Positions 49,951 through 64,000 of a stretch of DNA of 64,000 nucleotides are shown here, in pieces. A model generated the notes under the pieces. The model saw only the letters and a list, made by a program, of their open reading frames with translations, was not told where the DNA came from and searched no databases. The position numbers and the translations under genes are program-made. The first letter of the stretch is position 1, and each line of letters begins with the position of its first letter. The DNA is from Octopus sinensis (lineage: Eukaryota), in NCBI RefSeq assembly GCF_006345805.1, contig NC_042998.1, forward strand, positions 66,216,001 through 66,280,000. The letters are read 5' to 3'.

Positions 49951-52321
49951 TATATATGAGCATGTCTAGATATGCAACTATATGCATGAGAATACATACA
50001 TAAAACAAAACATACAAATCTACATATATACAAATATAAATACATTCATACATACGAACAGAAATACTATGTTACTGATGTTGAAATTCCAATGAAGGAG
50101 GCTTGGATCTAGTTCTTTCTCTATTGGCAAGAAATCTTGAAATAAAACTGAATAATGACATACATGCGTACAAACATATATACATATATACGTGCATATA
50201 TACATACAAATATACACATATATACGCTTGTGTGTGAGTTATTGAGTGTGTTTGATTTTGCTTCAGCTATCCTAAAGGTTACCCACTGCTCTTCAATACT
50301 GTCCTATACGATGTGAATCGAGTTAAAATAGGATAACTTTATACTTTACTTATATTTCTCTACCTCGATGTGTTGACATATTCATTCTGACACCTAACGA
50401 ATATGTCTCGGTTTTTCTTACCAAATATCAATCGCAACTTCAGATATTTTACTTGCTTGACCTTGTCTGGATGTGGCATTCCATCAGTAATTGAAAACAT
50501 TAATAACGGCATTAGTATTCTTTTGTATTTATGCTAGATATATATGAAATGTAGAAATCGATTTAATTAGATTGCAAATATTGGAAGAGATCTTTTCGGA
50601 AAATATAAGAATATTACAATATATTTGCTCTGATAGTTTTGTAATTAATTCCTGGCTGTTCACCAACGAAAATGTAGAAATTATATAAGAATATATTGGA
50701 AAAGTTATTTGATTATATATCCTACGTAATTTACATCACGTTGTGTGACAGCAACACATTGGTTTTATAAGTACTTTTTATCTGTTGTCTGAATAGTTTC
50801 TCCATTACTTCAGTATAAATCATTTATTGATTTAACACCAGCGTTCACCACTAACATTGTTTTGCACATTCCCCAGATACGCAAATTAATGCATATTTGA
50901 GGGATACAAAGCCATATTCTGTAGCTCATATGCTTGCTGATTAATTCCTCATATGCTCTAAATTACCATTTCATTTACAAGAATGATAAAAATTAGAATG
51001 CAAATATGAAACACTTAATCGTGTTAGTTACAAAACCGTATGAGATTTTAAAAGAAAATAATCGCTCACATTTCCCTGCTATAGTCATGAGGCAATCTTT
51101 ATACATTATCATACTTATAGATAGACTGTTATTTCCTTAAACTCTTACGTCAGTCTAAAAGTAACTACTCGTTTCCAGTGAAATATTAAAATTTTATATT
51201 TCAATGTTTTTTTTTCTTTTTTCTTTTAGTTAAAATATATTTACGCATCATTTTTGGTTGTTAAGGCTAATATTTCTAGTACAACAAACGTCCATATAAA
51301 TGTTCGCCACTGGCTCCATTTATACATACTATGCTGATATCATTTTAGAATACTTTTTAACAAAATATCGGTAGAAGCTAATGCAAGACGTGAGATACAA
51401 CACCACGCTGTGGTGATATGTTACTTGGTACAACTTCATTTAACAGCCTGACTCTACGGTCAGTAAAAGATTGAGCCATAACGCTGTAGAGCTGCTATTT
51501 TGTCATAAAATCAAAACATTTATAATGTAAAAGTGCGTGTTATTGTTGCGTATAACAATAGCACTAATTACTTACACAAGATATCCGAAAGCAAAATAAT
51601 TGATTAATTTTCGTAAGTTTTGGTCAGTTGTGTTTTATAGTGTCTCCATATCACAGGAACACAAGCTTGCATGTGATATCATAACACGGCTTCCACAAAA
51701 ACGGAGACCCATACACGAAGTTTCACACGTACACAAATATCCATGTATTCAAAGATACATATGCATGTGCGAGTGTGTATATGCTTGTGTGTGTGTGTAT
51801 GTATTTGTGTGTGTGTATTTCTAAGTAAGTTTATCCGTGTGCGTGTTCGTGTATGTGGGTCTGGTAAAGTTTGTGTGTGTGTGTGGGTGTTTGTGTTGAA
51901 TTTTATTTCTGATGACAAAGCATGAAATACCGTATGAAAATCAACTCAAAACTTGTAAATCAGTTCAATGCAATAAAAGGAGTGTAATTATGATCGAAAG
52001 AACAGATACTTCAGTGTAGGAAGAGGTCCAGGTTTAAGCGGAGGAGCTTAATGTGCGAACTGTTACTTTCATGCTCTTTCGGACCAAATTTGTTTGATAT
52101 CAAATATCTAAGATACTAGAGGAATTGTTGGAAGAGACATTTTAGAAGCAGTCTCTTATGAAACAAAGAAGACAAGGAACTTGTATAAGCGTGTATTCAT
52201 AACAGATAATGTGGAGATAGAGCTTCTAAGATCACGTTTGTATTCCATCTGAAACATATTTTCAGACTTGAACATTCTAAATTTGTATCATGAATTTTAA
52301 CTTCCTAATATATAATATATC

Positions 52322-52557
52322 AGGACGGCGAGCTGGGATAATCGTTAGGACACCGGGCGAAACGCTTAGCGGTATTTCGTCTGCAGTTACATTCTGAGTA
52401 TAAATTCAGCCGAGGTTGACTTTGCTTTTCATCTTTTCGGGGTCGATTAAATAAGTACCAGTTACGCACTGAGGTCTATGTAATCGACTTAAACACTTTG
52501 TCTGCTCCTGTTTGTCCCCTGTATGTTTATCCCCCTCTGGGCAATAAAGAAATAAAT
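52322..52557 (+). mobile_element. Full-length Nin-domain tRNA-SINE
   Basis: Head, central GACTTTGCTTTTCATCTTTTCGGGGTCGATTAAATAAGTACCAG and tail TTTGTCCCCTGTATGTTTATCCCCCTCTGGGCAATAAAGAAATA. Confidence 0.85.
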
Positions 52558-53107
52558 ATATAATATATCACATTTACTATTTCCAAGATTCGCCTACTTA
52601 ACTGCAATCGCAATATTTCTAAGTATTCGAGGCTCCATCTCATTTCATTAATTTCTTTACTTAATTCAGCTATATGCTAATGATTTGCATTAGAGTTTTT
52701 CACTCAGTCGAGTTGCATAAATGTTGCTGTCCCCTAATAACGTTCTACAATCCTGATAGTAATCCTTTTACTTCATCCTTTATCTTTTCTTACCTCGTAA
52801 AACATGTTTCTTTCTCATTACCGAAATATTACCAGGCAATAACGCATAAACTTGGAAATGTCTCCACTTATTCGTTATTATTATATTTCTGTGCATTTGT
52901 TTTGTTATTTGCTTTTCTTCTTCGTTTTCATTACATCAAATTGTGAACTAAATGGGATGTCGAGATACTTCTTTGGATTTTCTACATAAGAGAACCTTTT
53001 TTCATAATATTCAGTACTTTTTCCTATCTTACGTGTGTGTGTCAGTGCGTGTATAATATATATATATATATATATAATATATATATAATATAATATATAT
53101 ATATATA

Positions 53108-53254
<147 letters not shown>

Positions 53255-53289
53255 GACCAAAACACCTACCGTCAAACATTTAAACCAAA

Positions 53290-53530
53290 TTTTATCAAAA
53301 TAACTTGTCCGAACATCCCATAAGCCTTCCCTTTGAGAAACACTGATTTAACCTAAATTTGCAAAAGAAGAAATATTCTATTCCAAGAAAAACGATTTTA
53401 CAAATGCACGTTCTGACGGCTTTATCGATCACATTCTCACTTGGAATCGATTTTTGTAATATTTAAGACTTCTACATGCCCGAGATCGTAGAAGGCACAC
53501 AGACAGACAGACAGAATGGATTTTATATTA
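53290..53530 (-). mobile_element. Possible non-autonomous Helitron-like remnant
   Basis: Ends CACACAGACAGACAGACAGAATGGATTTTATAT, like the 7069-7449 element. The other terminus was not identified. Confidence 0.35.
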
Positions 53531-53567
53531 TATATATATATATTAATATATATATATATATATATAT

Positions 53568-53914
53568 ATATTAATTGTTATCGCCAAGCTAATATGGCAG
53601 TCCAGAAATATAGGACGAATGCTGCCGTTGATTAGCTCCAAGAGGCCATCGCCTCTAGTTCACTATGTGACACATGAACCTGTGTCCATTATAAACTTCG
53701 AACAGATGAGGTCAGCCGTTTCTCCTTGCTGGTCAGGCATCTGCAGATTAGTTTCAGAGGAAGCGGCTCACCTACCCTGTTCAGTGGTTATGATGTACAC
53801 AGGTTGGTGTGTCACATAGCTAGTTAGAGGCAATGGCCTCTTGGAGCTAATCAACAGCAGCATTCGTCCTATATTTCTGGACTGCTATATTAGCTTGGCG
53901 ATAACTATTAATAT
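53568..53914. repeat. Long inverted repeat (about 155-bp arms, about 32-nt spacer) between (TA)n tracts
   Basis: 53568-53724 pairs with 53757-53914. The outer 90 bp or so has only about 4 mismatches; the inner part is more diverged. Confidence 0.93.
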
Positions 53915-53957
53915 CCAGTACCGCTGCCATAGTCTCTTTTAGAGAGTCTCAGAAATA

Positions 53958-54021
<64 letters not shown>

Positions 54022-55164
54022 CATGCGCATCAAACTCATTCTCTTCTTGTGTATCTACATTCCTCTCACAACCTTCACTATTGTAGTTACTATAACTTAA
54101 CTGCTAATCTCTGAATCTTTACGAACATCATATCTTCTTTCATCACCTTTATATTCGAGTATAGTTGTTATTAATATACTCTCTGTTTTTCTTCCCCTCT
54201 CTCTCTCTCTCTGTCTTTCACACGCACACACACACGTACACATACACACACACACACTCTTCACTCTCTTCACTTCATTGGATATTGTCTCTCTTAGGGT
54301 TCTCTTCCAGCAATGTCTATGTTTGTTTTGCTAGCTTTATTACAAACACAGATATTGGAAATATGCTGATAATTATCTCTTTCACCAACTTTTTCACGAA
54401 TGATTATTGTTTAATCAAAATTTTCAATTCTGAATAGGATTTCGACTAACATCATCTTGATTATTTTTATTTTGCACTTTCTCTGTACATTCTGCTTTAA
54501 GTCATTAATTCCTTTCCACAAATTTGATTTTCGTATTTGTTCAGATCTATACAAATTCTATTGATATCTAACATTCACCTAACACATCTTCTACTTCAAT
54601 ATCCTAAACTAATTTAACTTTTCAGTTATTGTTATTAATTGTTCTTTCATGTTACCTTACTGATTTGTAAATCCCGATCATTGAAGCTGATCATTTTCTG
54701 CCTGTAATTATCAGATTATTTCCAGACATATTTCCTTTTCGTTTCTTATTTTCCATAGACGAACATCTATTTGTAATTGGTCATATATTCCTTCCATTTT
54801 ACTTTCTAGCATCTTGAAATGGAAACTTATTTAACTTTTAACTTGTATTTTCTTATTATTTCAGTCATTAGACTGCGGCCATGATAAGGCATCGACGTGC
54901 AAGTTTCTTTTCTTTTTGTTCTTTCCTTTTTGTAGTCGAATAAATCGCACCGAAGACTTTATTTTTTAAGCGTAGTACTTAATTCGTAAGGCCCTTATTG
55001 CTGATCTGCTGAGTTCCGAGAGCATGAAAGACCCACACCATTTTCGACACAATTTTCCACCGATATTTTCGACACACATTGGCACAGAAACATATACTCC
55101 CACGTAAACACTCACACAGACGTATGCCCACCACGACTGAGCGCTTGCTCCAAAAGATTTGTTA

Positions 55165-55313
55165 TTCTCTCTCTCTTTATTTCCTCGTGTTCCTTTCTGA
55201 TGAACTGCGTGGGCTCGAAACGTAAAATATCTGACCTTCCCGAGTGTTAATCTAATACACTTGTTTGTTGTTTATATTCCTGTCTTCGTCTTTTGTTTTT
55301 CTGCATATTCCAA

Positions 55314-55314
<1 letters not shown>
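55165..55314 (+). mobile_element. Family A cassette with hammerhead motif at 55194-55227
   Basis: TTT-CTGATGA-A-CTGC-GTGG-GCTC-GAAACGTA-AAA. Core complete; base of stem II mutated. Followed by (CT)n(TA)n. Confidence 0.72.
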
Positions 55315-55379
<65 letters not shown>

Positions 55380-55996
55380 CATAGATGCAGCACGGATTTT
55401 TGTCAGTGAACAGGTCGCGGTCTTATAGCGACGAAAATATTTTGACAAATTAAACTTAAATGTTGAAGTGAATCGAACGGCTTTTGTGTGTTTCTTAAAT
55501 GGCTCACAAACATCTTGGATGCTGCAATTGTTTTCGTTCCAGCACACGATCTCAGATCAAATCACTTGCTATGCAAGTACATCTCCGTAATATATATATA
55601 TATATGATCTATTCCTTTACGAACGTGGAAGAGTACAGTGCAAAACACGTCCACCCTCATTTTTACCCAATATTATCCAGTAGCATTAATGTATACTTCC
55701 AAGTTCATGTCTGGGTATTTGACGAGTGTGAATATAGAGTTCAAGAAATTGGTGTCGAAAAGAAAAGGCACGGTTGGACAGTTACTTTTCAAAAATGCAA
55801 TTGTTTCCGCACAACGTAGTTGTCAAAAAATGCAGATATTTGATTTTGCAAATAATTGTTTACATAGTGAGATATAGTAGTGGTTATTCAGCTCATATTC
55901 TAGCGCTGCCTCAGTTAAGGTAAAATACACCGGTCTTGTTTCAAATTTAGTAGACGTTGATAGGTTCATGATGTTTAGTGCCAGAGTACTGTTCTT

Positions 55997-56087
<91 letters not shown>

Positions 56088-56290
56088 AATAATGAAGGGT
56101 GAAATTAATTAATTTGGAATAATTATCAATTACACCAAGTAGTCTTCGGCATGTAAAAGCCTCATTCGAGGAAAATTTAAGTAATACTAAGCAAAATTCT
56201 AAATTTGCTATTTCTAAATTCGGTATGTGGTAAGGCAAATCGTTGCTAAACCCTTTATTGCTTAGTATATATATATATATATATAATATC

Positions 56291-56322
<32 letters not shown>

Positions 56323-56330
56323 TATATATA

Positions 56331-56640
56331 TAAAGTTAATCCAAACAAGAAAGCACAAAAAAACACAACAACGCGAGAACGTGGAACAAATATAGTATTA
56401 TTTGACGCTCAGGAAAGAAGGAAAGAAGGAGGGTTTAACGTTTTGAGCGAACCTCTTCGTCGGAAACATAGGAGAAGGAAAGATCCAGAGAAGAGAAGAC
56501 AGAGGAAAAAAAATCTCCAACGTTACACAATAGGTCAAATTTTGAATTATACAGATATATATATATATATGTATATACATACATATGTATATATTATATA
56601 TATATACATATATATATATATACATATACATATATATATA

Positions 56641-56676
<36 letters not shown>

Positions 56677-56832
56677 TAATCCAAACATGAAAAGAGAAAA
56701 CACAACGATGCGAGGACGTGGAACATGTATAGTATTATTGGACGCTCAGGAAAGAAGGAAAGAAGGAGAATTTAACGTTTAACATAGGAAAAGGAAAGAT
56801 ACAAAGAAGGGAAGACGTAGGAAAAAAATCGC
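56331..56832 (-). mobile_element. Two family A cassettes in direct orientation separated by (TA)n
   Basis: Both begin TAAAGTTAATCCAAACA on the + strand. The first has minus-strand GTTT-CCGACGA-A-GAGGTTCGCTC-AAAACGTT-AAAC (56433-56467); the second has the HHR core deleted. Confidence 0.75.
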
Positions 56833-56839
56833 CACACAG

Positions 56840-56996
56840 CAGCAGTGGCTGTGTGGTAAGTAGCTTGCTTCCCAACCACATGGTTCCGGGTTCAGTCCTA
56901 CTGTGTTACACCTTGGCCAAATATCTTCTACTATACCCTCGGACCGACTTAAACCTAGTATTTGTTAGGCGGAAACTGAAAGATGTCCGTCGTATG

Positions 56997-57028
<32 letters not shown>

Positions 57029-57470
57029 CGTGTGTGTTTGTGTGTCTGTGTTTGGCACCCCTAGCTTTGCTTGACAACCGATGCGGGTGTGTTTATATCC
57101 CCGTCACCTATCGGTTCGGCAAAAGAGACCGATAGAATAAGTACTGGGCTTACAAATAATAAGTCCCGGGGTCGAGTTGCTCGAATAAAGGCAGTGCTCC
57201 AGCATGGCCGCAGTCAAATGACTGAAACAAGTAAAAGAGTTGACCGTCCACTTTTAGTGGTCAGTCCTTTAAATTTTGTATATATATATATAATATATAT
57301 ATATATACTTGCGTAGGAGTGGCTGTGTGGTAAGTCGCTTGGTTGCCAGCCACATGGTTCCGGGTTCAGTCCTACTGTGTTACACCTTGGCCAAATATCT
57401 TCTACTATACCCTCGGACCGACTTAAACCTAGTATTTGTTAGGCGGAAACTGAAAGATGTCCGTCGTATG

Positions 57471-57504
<34 letters not shown>

Positions 57505-57505
57505 C

Positions 57506-57537
<32 letters not shown>

Positions 57538-57740
57538 ATGTTCGTGTGTCTGCTTTTCCGCCCGCAATCGGTTGGCAACCGATGCTGGTGTGTTTACGCT
57601 CCAGTGACTTAGCGGTTCGGCAAAAGATTCCAAGAATATAATTACTAGGCTTACAAAGAATAAGTCTTCGGGTCGATTTGCTCGTCTAAAGGTGGTGCTC
57701 CATTATGTCCACAGTAAAAAACAAGTAAAAGAATAAAAGA
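56840..57740 (+). mobile_element. Two adjacent full-length tRNA-SINEs (43532 family)
   Basis: Copies at about 56840-57240 and 57311-57740, each with head, TA/TG tract and 3' half ending ACAAGTAAAAGA. Confidence 0.88.
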
Positions 57741-57930
57741 AATAATGCCTGTATGTATATATACCTATATATGTATATACGTATGCACATATATATACAT
57801 ATACATGTATATATATAATATATATATATATATACTTTTATATATATGCACATATATAATATATATACACATGCATGTATATATATATATACTTTTATAT
57901 ATATGCACATATATATACTATGCACGTATA

Positions 57931-57978
<48 letters not shown>

Positions 57979-58043
57979 TACACATATATATAATATATAC
58001 ATACACATATATATATATATATATATATTTACATATATATAGC

Positions 58044-58096
<53 letters not shown>

Positions 58097-58109
58097 GACA
58101 CGTTTCTTT

Positions 58110-58255
58110 CGCTAGTTCTCTACCAAATCCGTTCGCAAGTGTTGGTTTGTCGGAGGTTATAGCAGAACACACTTGCCCAAATTGCTATGTAATGGATATG
58201 ATCTAGGAACAATGTGCCGGAAAGCAAATTTCTTACCGCACAGACCCACCTGCAC
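58110..58255 (-). mobile_element. Degenerate tRNA-SINE 5' half
   Basis: CTACCAAATCCG...ACACTTGCCCAA...TTCTTACCGCACAG. Confidence 0.6.
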
Positions 58256-58618
58256 CTTCTGGAAAATACCTGCTTCCCGTGATACTATTGCGGAAATATT
58301 CTGAGTTGCTAATATTATTCCTTTGGAGTATCATTATCTGTCAAAAATATAAATATGATGCAGGTGATATTTGAGGTGACACATTCAGAATTGTTATGAG
58401 TTTTTGTTTTCTCTTTTGTGACTATTGTTTTATATATATCTATAGCTTAGAAATTCTTCCGTTTTTGCATTTTATATTCTGGTACTTTTCCTAGCGTACT
58501 ACCATTCAAACACAATTGGTTGCAGATCGATATAATATATTCGTTTCTTTTTGTCGTATGTGCTTACCTTTTAGATTATGTTTGTGCGTATGTGCATGTG
58601 GGTGTGAATGTTGGTATG

Positions 58619-58693
<75 letters not shown>

Positions 58694-60600
58694 ATATACA
58701 TATCTATATGTATATAAATATATATACATTTATATATATATGCATGCATACTTACATATACATATACGTACACACATATCTGTTGAGGTTGTCTATCTAA
58801 AATTTCTCTTTGGCTATCAGCTTTGTTTTAATCCTTCTTTTTCAGCTTCTTTTATATGTTTCCATCCGAATCTGTTTTCTCCGACATTGGCGACCATATT
58901 GAGTTGGTAGGAAGATCAAATTCTCCATAAGGTTATAGGCCGGGTTGACTTAACAAACTTCTAATCATTCTTATTGAATATATTTCTAACGTATTTCCTC
59001 ATATTTAGTACTTCCCTGTATGCTCGAAATATTTGGAGTAATCAATCGAAAAGTGAGGGAAATAGAAAACCTTTCATCGTGAAAGTTACAATTGTTAATG
59101 TTAGATTTTTGAGGGAACACATCAAAATGAACATCAAATACCCATATTTAATCCCTGTAATCGATTATTGCATGATCGATGTTGTTGATGTCATGCGTTC
59201 CATTTGCCAATAAGATATACTTCTGTTGCTTTATCTCATCCTCACCATCCTATCCATAATCCATACATTTCTCCTTTGTATTTTCCCATGAAATTTGTTT
59301 TCTTGTATCTTTTCATGTCGATGATATTTACGTTATCTATCATATGTTAATCAAAGTACACATGAGTTACCATCTTGCATCCTATACTCTCTTGTTATTA
59401 GCCTCTTCAATCTCACTGGATAGCAGAGTCTTCACTTGTGTAGAACCTTGTAGTAATATGCAAGGAATTCAAAGGAGATGTAATTCACAATGTATTTAAT
59501 TTTGCAATTGTTCTTTAAATATTCGCTGCACTTCTATAGATTTGAGATTAATATATTTTGATAGTATATATTATGTAAAGTGTATTGATTGTTTCTCCAA
59601 ACATTTTGAAATTTATTACGACAGGAGTTTTCCAATTTCAGGATATATAGTTACTACCGAAAGTGATGTGAAGATGTGCTTGCGTTCTTTCATTACCTGA
59701 CATTGGCCTTTCACATTACAAACGTTGATAGAACACATTTTCTTCTATAGAGTTACTACTTAACATATTCTTTATCAGAACAGATGCATTTGCGCCATTG
59801 TTAATCACAACTCTTGAATCCCTTTTAAAACATGTTAGGGTCGCACTGTCGTCATTGCATCTTCACTGCCATTATTATCACTTCTTGTCCAGGAAGATTG
59901 CCCTCCATTGTGCGGTGGAGGCAAAACCAGTGATCAGCCCAATTGACCGACAGACTGGTTTGTTGCTAAATATGTATTGCTGCACATTCTCTTGGTTAAT
60001 TTGGATCGCTTTCATGAATTCTTTGGTCTGTTACACTTGATGTATTCTCTAAACTTCTTTTGGTGACATAATGCAATACTCACTGTAGACAGTACAACCA
60101 TATTCTTCTCTATCAAAGGTAACGTGTCACTTACCATTGTAAAGGCTCTCAGTATGATTTCCCGTATCATTCACTGATAGTCGAACTTTTTAGACATTGA
60201 AAAACAGGTGACAACATTTCATGGCCTACAAGTGCTTTTCTGATTTTTGTAACCAATAACCAGATTGGAAAAAATGTGTGTTCACGGACTTCAAACATTC
60301 CCAATAGAGGCTGATGTCTACGATACTCTCCTTCGAATAGGGTGCCAACTGCCGAGGCACCAAGTTGCATGCAGTTTCTGAGACGAAACTTCTTCCACCA
60401 TCTTTTCTAATTCATAGTAATCACTGTCCATTCATGCAGCTAAGTCGCATATGTCCGCACAATTTTCAGCAATTTCGACGATTAATTAATATCCCGGGTT
60501 TTTTCATGCGCCATTTGCAAGCTGCATTTTAAAATTCAAATTTTCCACTGATTCGTTTGTGATTTCTTTCTTCGTTAACTGTTTTAATATTTGTTTCGAA

Positions 60601-61430
60601 TAAGGCGGTGAGCTGGTGGAATCGGTACCACGCGGGGCAAAATGCTTAGTAGCATTTCGTCCATCTTTACGTTCTTTGTCCAACATTCATCGTGGTCGAC
60701 TTTGCTTTTCATCCTTTCAGGCGAGATAAAAGGGTTTAAAATCCAGATTCAGACCTGGGCAAAAATATGGGGGAAAATAGTGTAATAGGTGTAAAATAAT
60801 GTGTAGTAAACGATCATGAAAAACAAAATGCGCGCTGGCGAACAGGGAGTGAGGAGAGGACTCAAAAAATTTACGCGTCAAACTCTCACCATCTGAAAAC
60901 TTAACATTAACACTCGATCACAAAAAAGGGGGTGGAAATAGTGTAATAGGTGTAAAACAACATGTAGTAAACAAATATAAAGAAAATAAGTTGCGCCGAC
61001 GAACGGGGAAGTGGTGAGAGGACTCCGAACATTCCCAATGTGAATTTTCCGAGTTCTCTCCTCCCACCATTCTCCAGTGCGCATTTGATTCTTCATATTC
61101 ATTTACTATACATTGTTTTACACATATTACACTACTTTTCCCCATGAGTTTAGACGATAAAAGAATTACCAGTTGAACACTAGTGCTGATGGAATCGATT
61201 TTCCCACCTTTAACCTGTTGACCTCGTGCCAAAATTTTAAAACCAATATTAGTTTCAAATTCTGGCACAAGGCCAGGAAGTTTGGAGAAGGGGCTAGATT
61301 AATTACATTGACCTCAGTGCTTAGCTACTACTTAGTTTATCGACCCCGAAAATATGAAAGACAAAGTTGACCTCGGCAAAATTTGAACAAAAAACGTAAA
61401 GATCACCAAAATGACGCTTGGAATTTTGCC
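60601..61430. mobile_element. Nin-domain SINE (+) interrupted at 60733, followed by a second SINE on the minus strand
   Basis: Head at 60601. The body resumes at 61156 (GATAAAAGAATTACCAG). A reverse-oriented Nin domain lies at 61335-61390. Confidence 0.7.
60734..61155. mobile_element. Mutator(MULE)-like non-autonomous DNA transposon
   Basis: 9-bp TSD GATAAAAGG/GATAAAAGA, G...C termini (GTTTAAAATC versus rc GTCTAAACTC) and inverted arms of about 95 bp, with one arm duplicated. Confidence 0.6.
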
Positions 61431-62394
61431 AGCCTTAACTATGTTTAATATTAAATCTCAATTCATTTGTAAAAAATAATATATTATTTTACTACCAAAC
61501 AATGATTTTTATAGGGATGTCTATTCTATTCATAATAATGTTGATTCCTATTCTGTGGAAAAAGACAAACCATTTTTGGGGGGTGTGGGATACTGCAGGT
61601 CACTAAATTGCTTCCAGTAATCCATGGCGTTAAAACTTATGGTTAAGAGTCATTAGGAATACTGATTTCAAGGAGATTTGATCTCAGAACACAAAGAGAA
61701 GAAGGTATTCACGACACATTTATAAGTAACTATATTCAAGCAATCAAAATGTATTTCCTTCCGGCTTGTTTAGAAAATTCAGAGCCTGGATTTTCTACAG
61801 CACTTGGTTTCTATTATCAGAATCTAATAACTTAGAATCTATCCAGTACTTATGCAGAATTTGACAATGTTGCTTGCATGTATGATTTCAATGTTTTGCA
61901 TCCAAGAGTTTAAGAACTTCTCTTCTCACTAACAATATTTAGAATTTGAATTCGTTGTGAATATTGTGTGGAAGCCAATGTGATAAACTAAGTGAAATTG
62001 AAAGATCTAAACTTGTCACATAATATAACACGGTTACTGTATTTCAGACTTAAACTGCAATTACACCTGTCTGCAATATGCTCTGCCATATCCACGTTAC
62101 TTTATCATGTTCATTAGTTTACTTTATAGAATAACTGAATATTCATCATCGATAGTAGTGAAGCGTCTATTTCTGTTCTTTTTTCGTATTCTTTATATAT
62201 CTACGCGAGTCTGTTGTACCATTTTCCTTGATTACTTTGGTTTCTAAATTTTCTTTGTATACTGCAGTTATTTATTTTATTGATTCACAGCAAATTTTAA
62301 CCACCGTTTCTTAAATTTTAATATTGTGTTTGTCTTCTAAGACATTTTTTCATTTGTGTTCTAAGACATTATGCGTCTTATAATTGGTTTTATC

Positions 62395-62462
<68 letters not shown>

Positions 62463-62874
62463 TGTGTGTGTGTGTATTTACTTTAATCCTTCTTTGTTTC
62501 CTTTTGTTGCTATTGTTCTGCTGTTTATTTGTTTGCTTTGCTGTTTGTTTTTTTTCATTACATGGAATTGCTTTTAAATGTATCATCGAAGTTAGTTTGG
62601 TTTGTTGGGAATAGTAAATGTCTCACAAGTTGTTCTTACTTTAATGTTTTCCATGATTACATGCTATACTCTCGTTTATTTACAGCGGACTTTTTTTGTG
62701 GAGAATTCTTGATTCACTTTTGGAACTTAGTATTATTCATCAAAGTTCTCTTTACATTTCAAACAGCGAAATCAACATTGTTCCAAATTCACCATTGTTT
62801 ATATATATATATAATATATATCTATATATATATATATATATTATATATATATATATGTATGTGTGTGTGTATAT

Positions 62875-62971
<97 letters not shown>

Positions 62972-62989
62972 CTTATGTATGTATTTATT

Positions 62990-63190
62990 TGTCTCCGTTT
63001 GTCCCCCACCATCGTTGACAACTGATGTTGGTGTTTACATTCCCGTCACTTAAAGATTCGATATAAGAGACCGACAGATGTACTAGGCTTACAAAGCATA
63101 AATTCTGGGGTCTATTTGTTCGACTGTAGGCGCTGATCCAGCATGGCCACAGTCAAATTACTGAAACAAGTAAGAGAATATAAGAATAAA
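62990..63190 (+). mobile_element. 3' half of tRNA-SINE (43532 family)
   Basis: TTGACAACTGATGTTGGTGTTTAC...CCAGCATGGCCACAGTCAAATTACTGAAACAAGTAA. Confidence 0.75.
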
Positions 63191-63233
63191 ACAAAAGAAT
63201 ATATATATGTTGATATATATATATTATATATGT

Positions 63234-63291
<58 letters not shown>

Positions 63292-63375
63292 GTGTATTTA
63301 TAATATAGATAATATATATATATGCATATATACATACGTATATGTACATACTTCTATACGTATATATATATATAT

Positions 63376-63410
<35 letters not shown>

Positions 63411-63623
63411 ATGCATATGTCGCCACAGGACCTCATGAAACGTGTACAACAAAAGAGTACGTAGCATGAGTATATGGGACGGCAATTATTCTTTCAAACA
63501 ACGAGACACAAATGGAAATCATAATAAACATAAAGAACGACCCTTTATCAGTTTTTGGCTGTTTTTCTAGTATCGTATTTCGAGCATTTGATACACGCAC
63601 ACACACATACATGTATGGATATG

Positions 63624-63690
<67 letters not shown>

Positions 63691-64000
63691 CGATAAATGG
63701 TTCAGAAGGCTGTCATTATATATACTATAATCAACAAAATGTTAAAAGATATTTTGGCTGCAATTCGTCCTTCTAGTATGTTCTATATCTTCATATATTC
63801 TTTTTGGTGGCGAAGGCACTCCAATATTTTTTTTTTATGTGAGTTTCAGCTTATGTATTTTAATCACATATACGGTTACTATCATTTGCGTTTCAGTTAG
63901 CATTGACAACTTTTCCATCTTTTTCAAGCCGCACCATTTTAAAGATATATTTGTATAAATATTAATTATTGATTAGAAATACCAATTTGATCGAGATGTT

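Noticed and set aside
58790-60420. Possible decayed coding sequence on the minus strand
   Set aside because: Frequent stops and no motif I can name. Left unannotated pending BLASTX.

Overview
Very AT-rich, microsatellite-dense eukaryotic DNA, intronic or intergenic. The SINE families and repeat landscape suggest an octopod cephalopod; this is inference from memory of those families, not a database result. I found no supportable host protein-coding exon, rRNA or intact tRNA. Almost all supplied ORFs are translations of (TA)n/(CA)n/(GATA)n/(AAT)n. The real coding remnants are all transposon-derived: several mariner fossils (one nested in another); an internally deleted L1/Tx1 LINE in a (GATA)n array; two Penelope-like elements (PLEs), a canonical CCHH GIY-YIG type with RT and EN inverted and a Hydra-like type; and CR1, RTE-like and RLE-type LINE fragments. 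Non-coding elements include many tRNA-SINEs, a Helitron-like element and a MULE-like element. The most striking signal is a dispersed set of minimal type-I hammerhead ribozyme (HHR) motifs, about 10 recognisable or degenerate copies. They occur in PLE 3' ends, in short cassettes inserted into (TA)n, and in a SINE-like family joining a tRNA-derived Pol III head to an HHR-bearing tail. One copy of that family has the inverted-tail junction typical of PLE insertions, making it a candidate PLE-mobilised, ribozyme-carrying SINE. All structures were folded and aligned by eye and need computational and biochemical confirmation.
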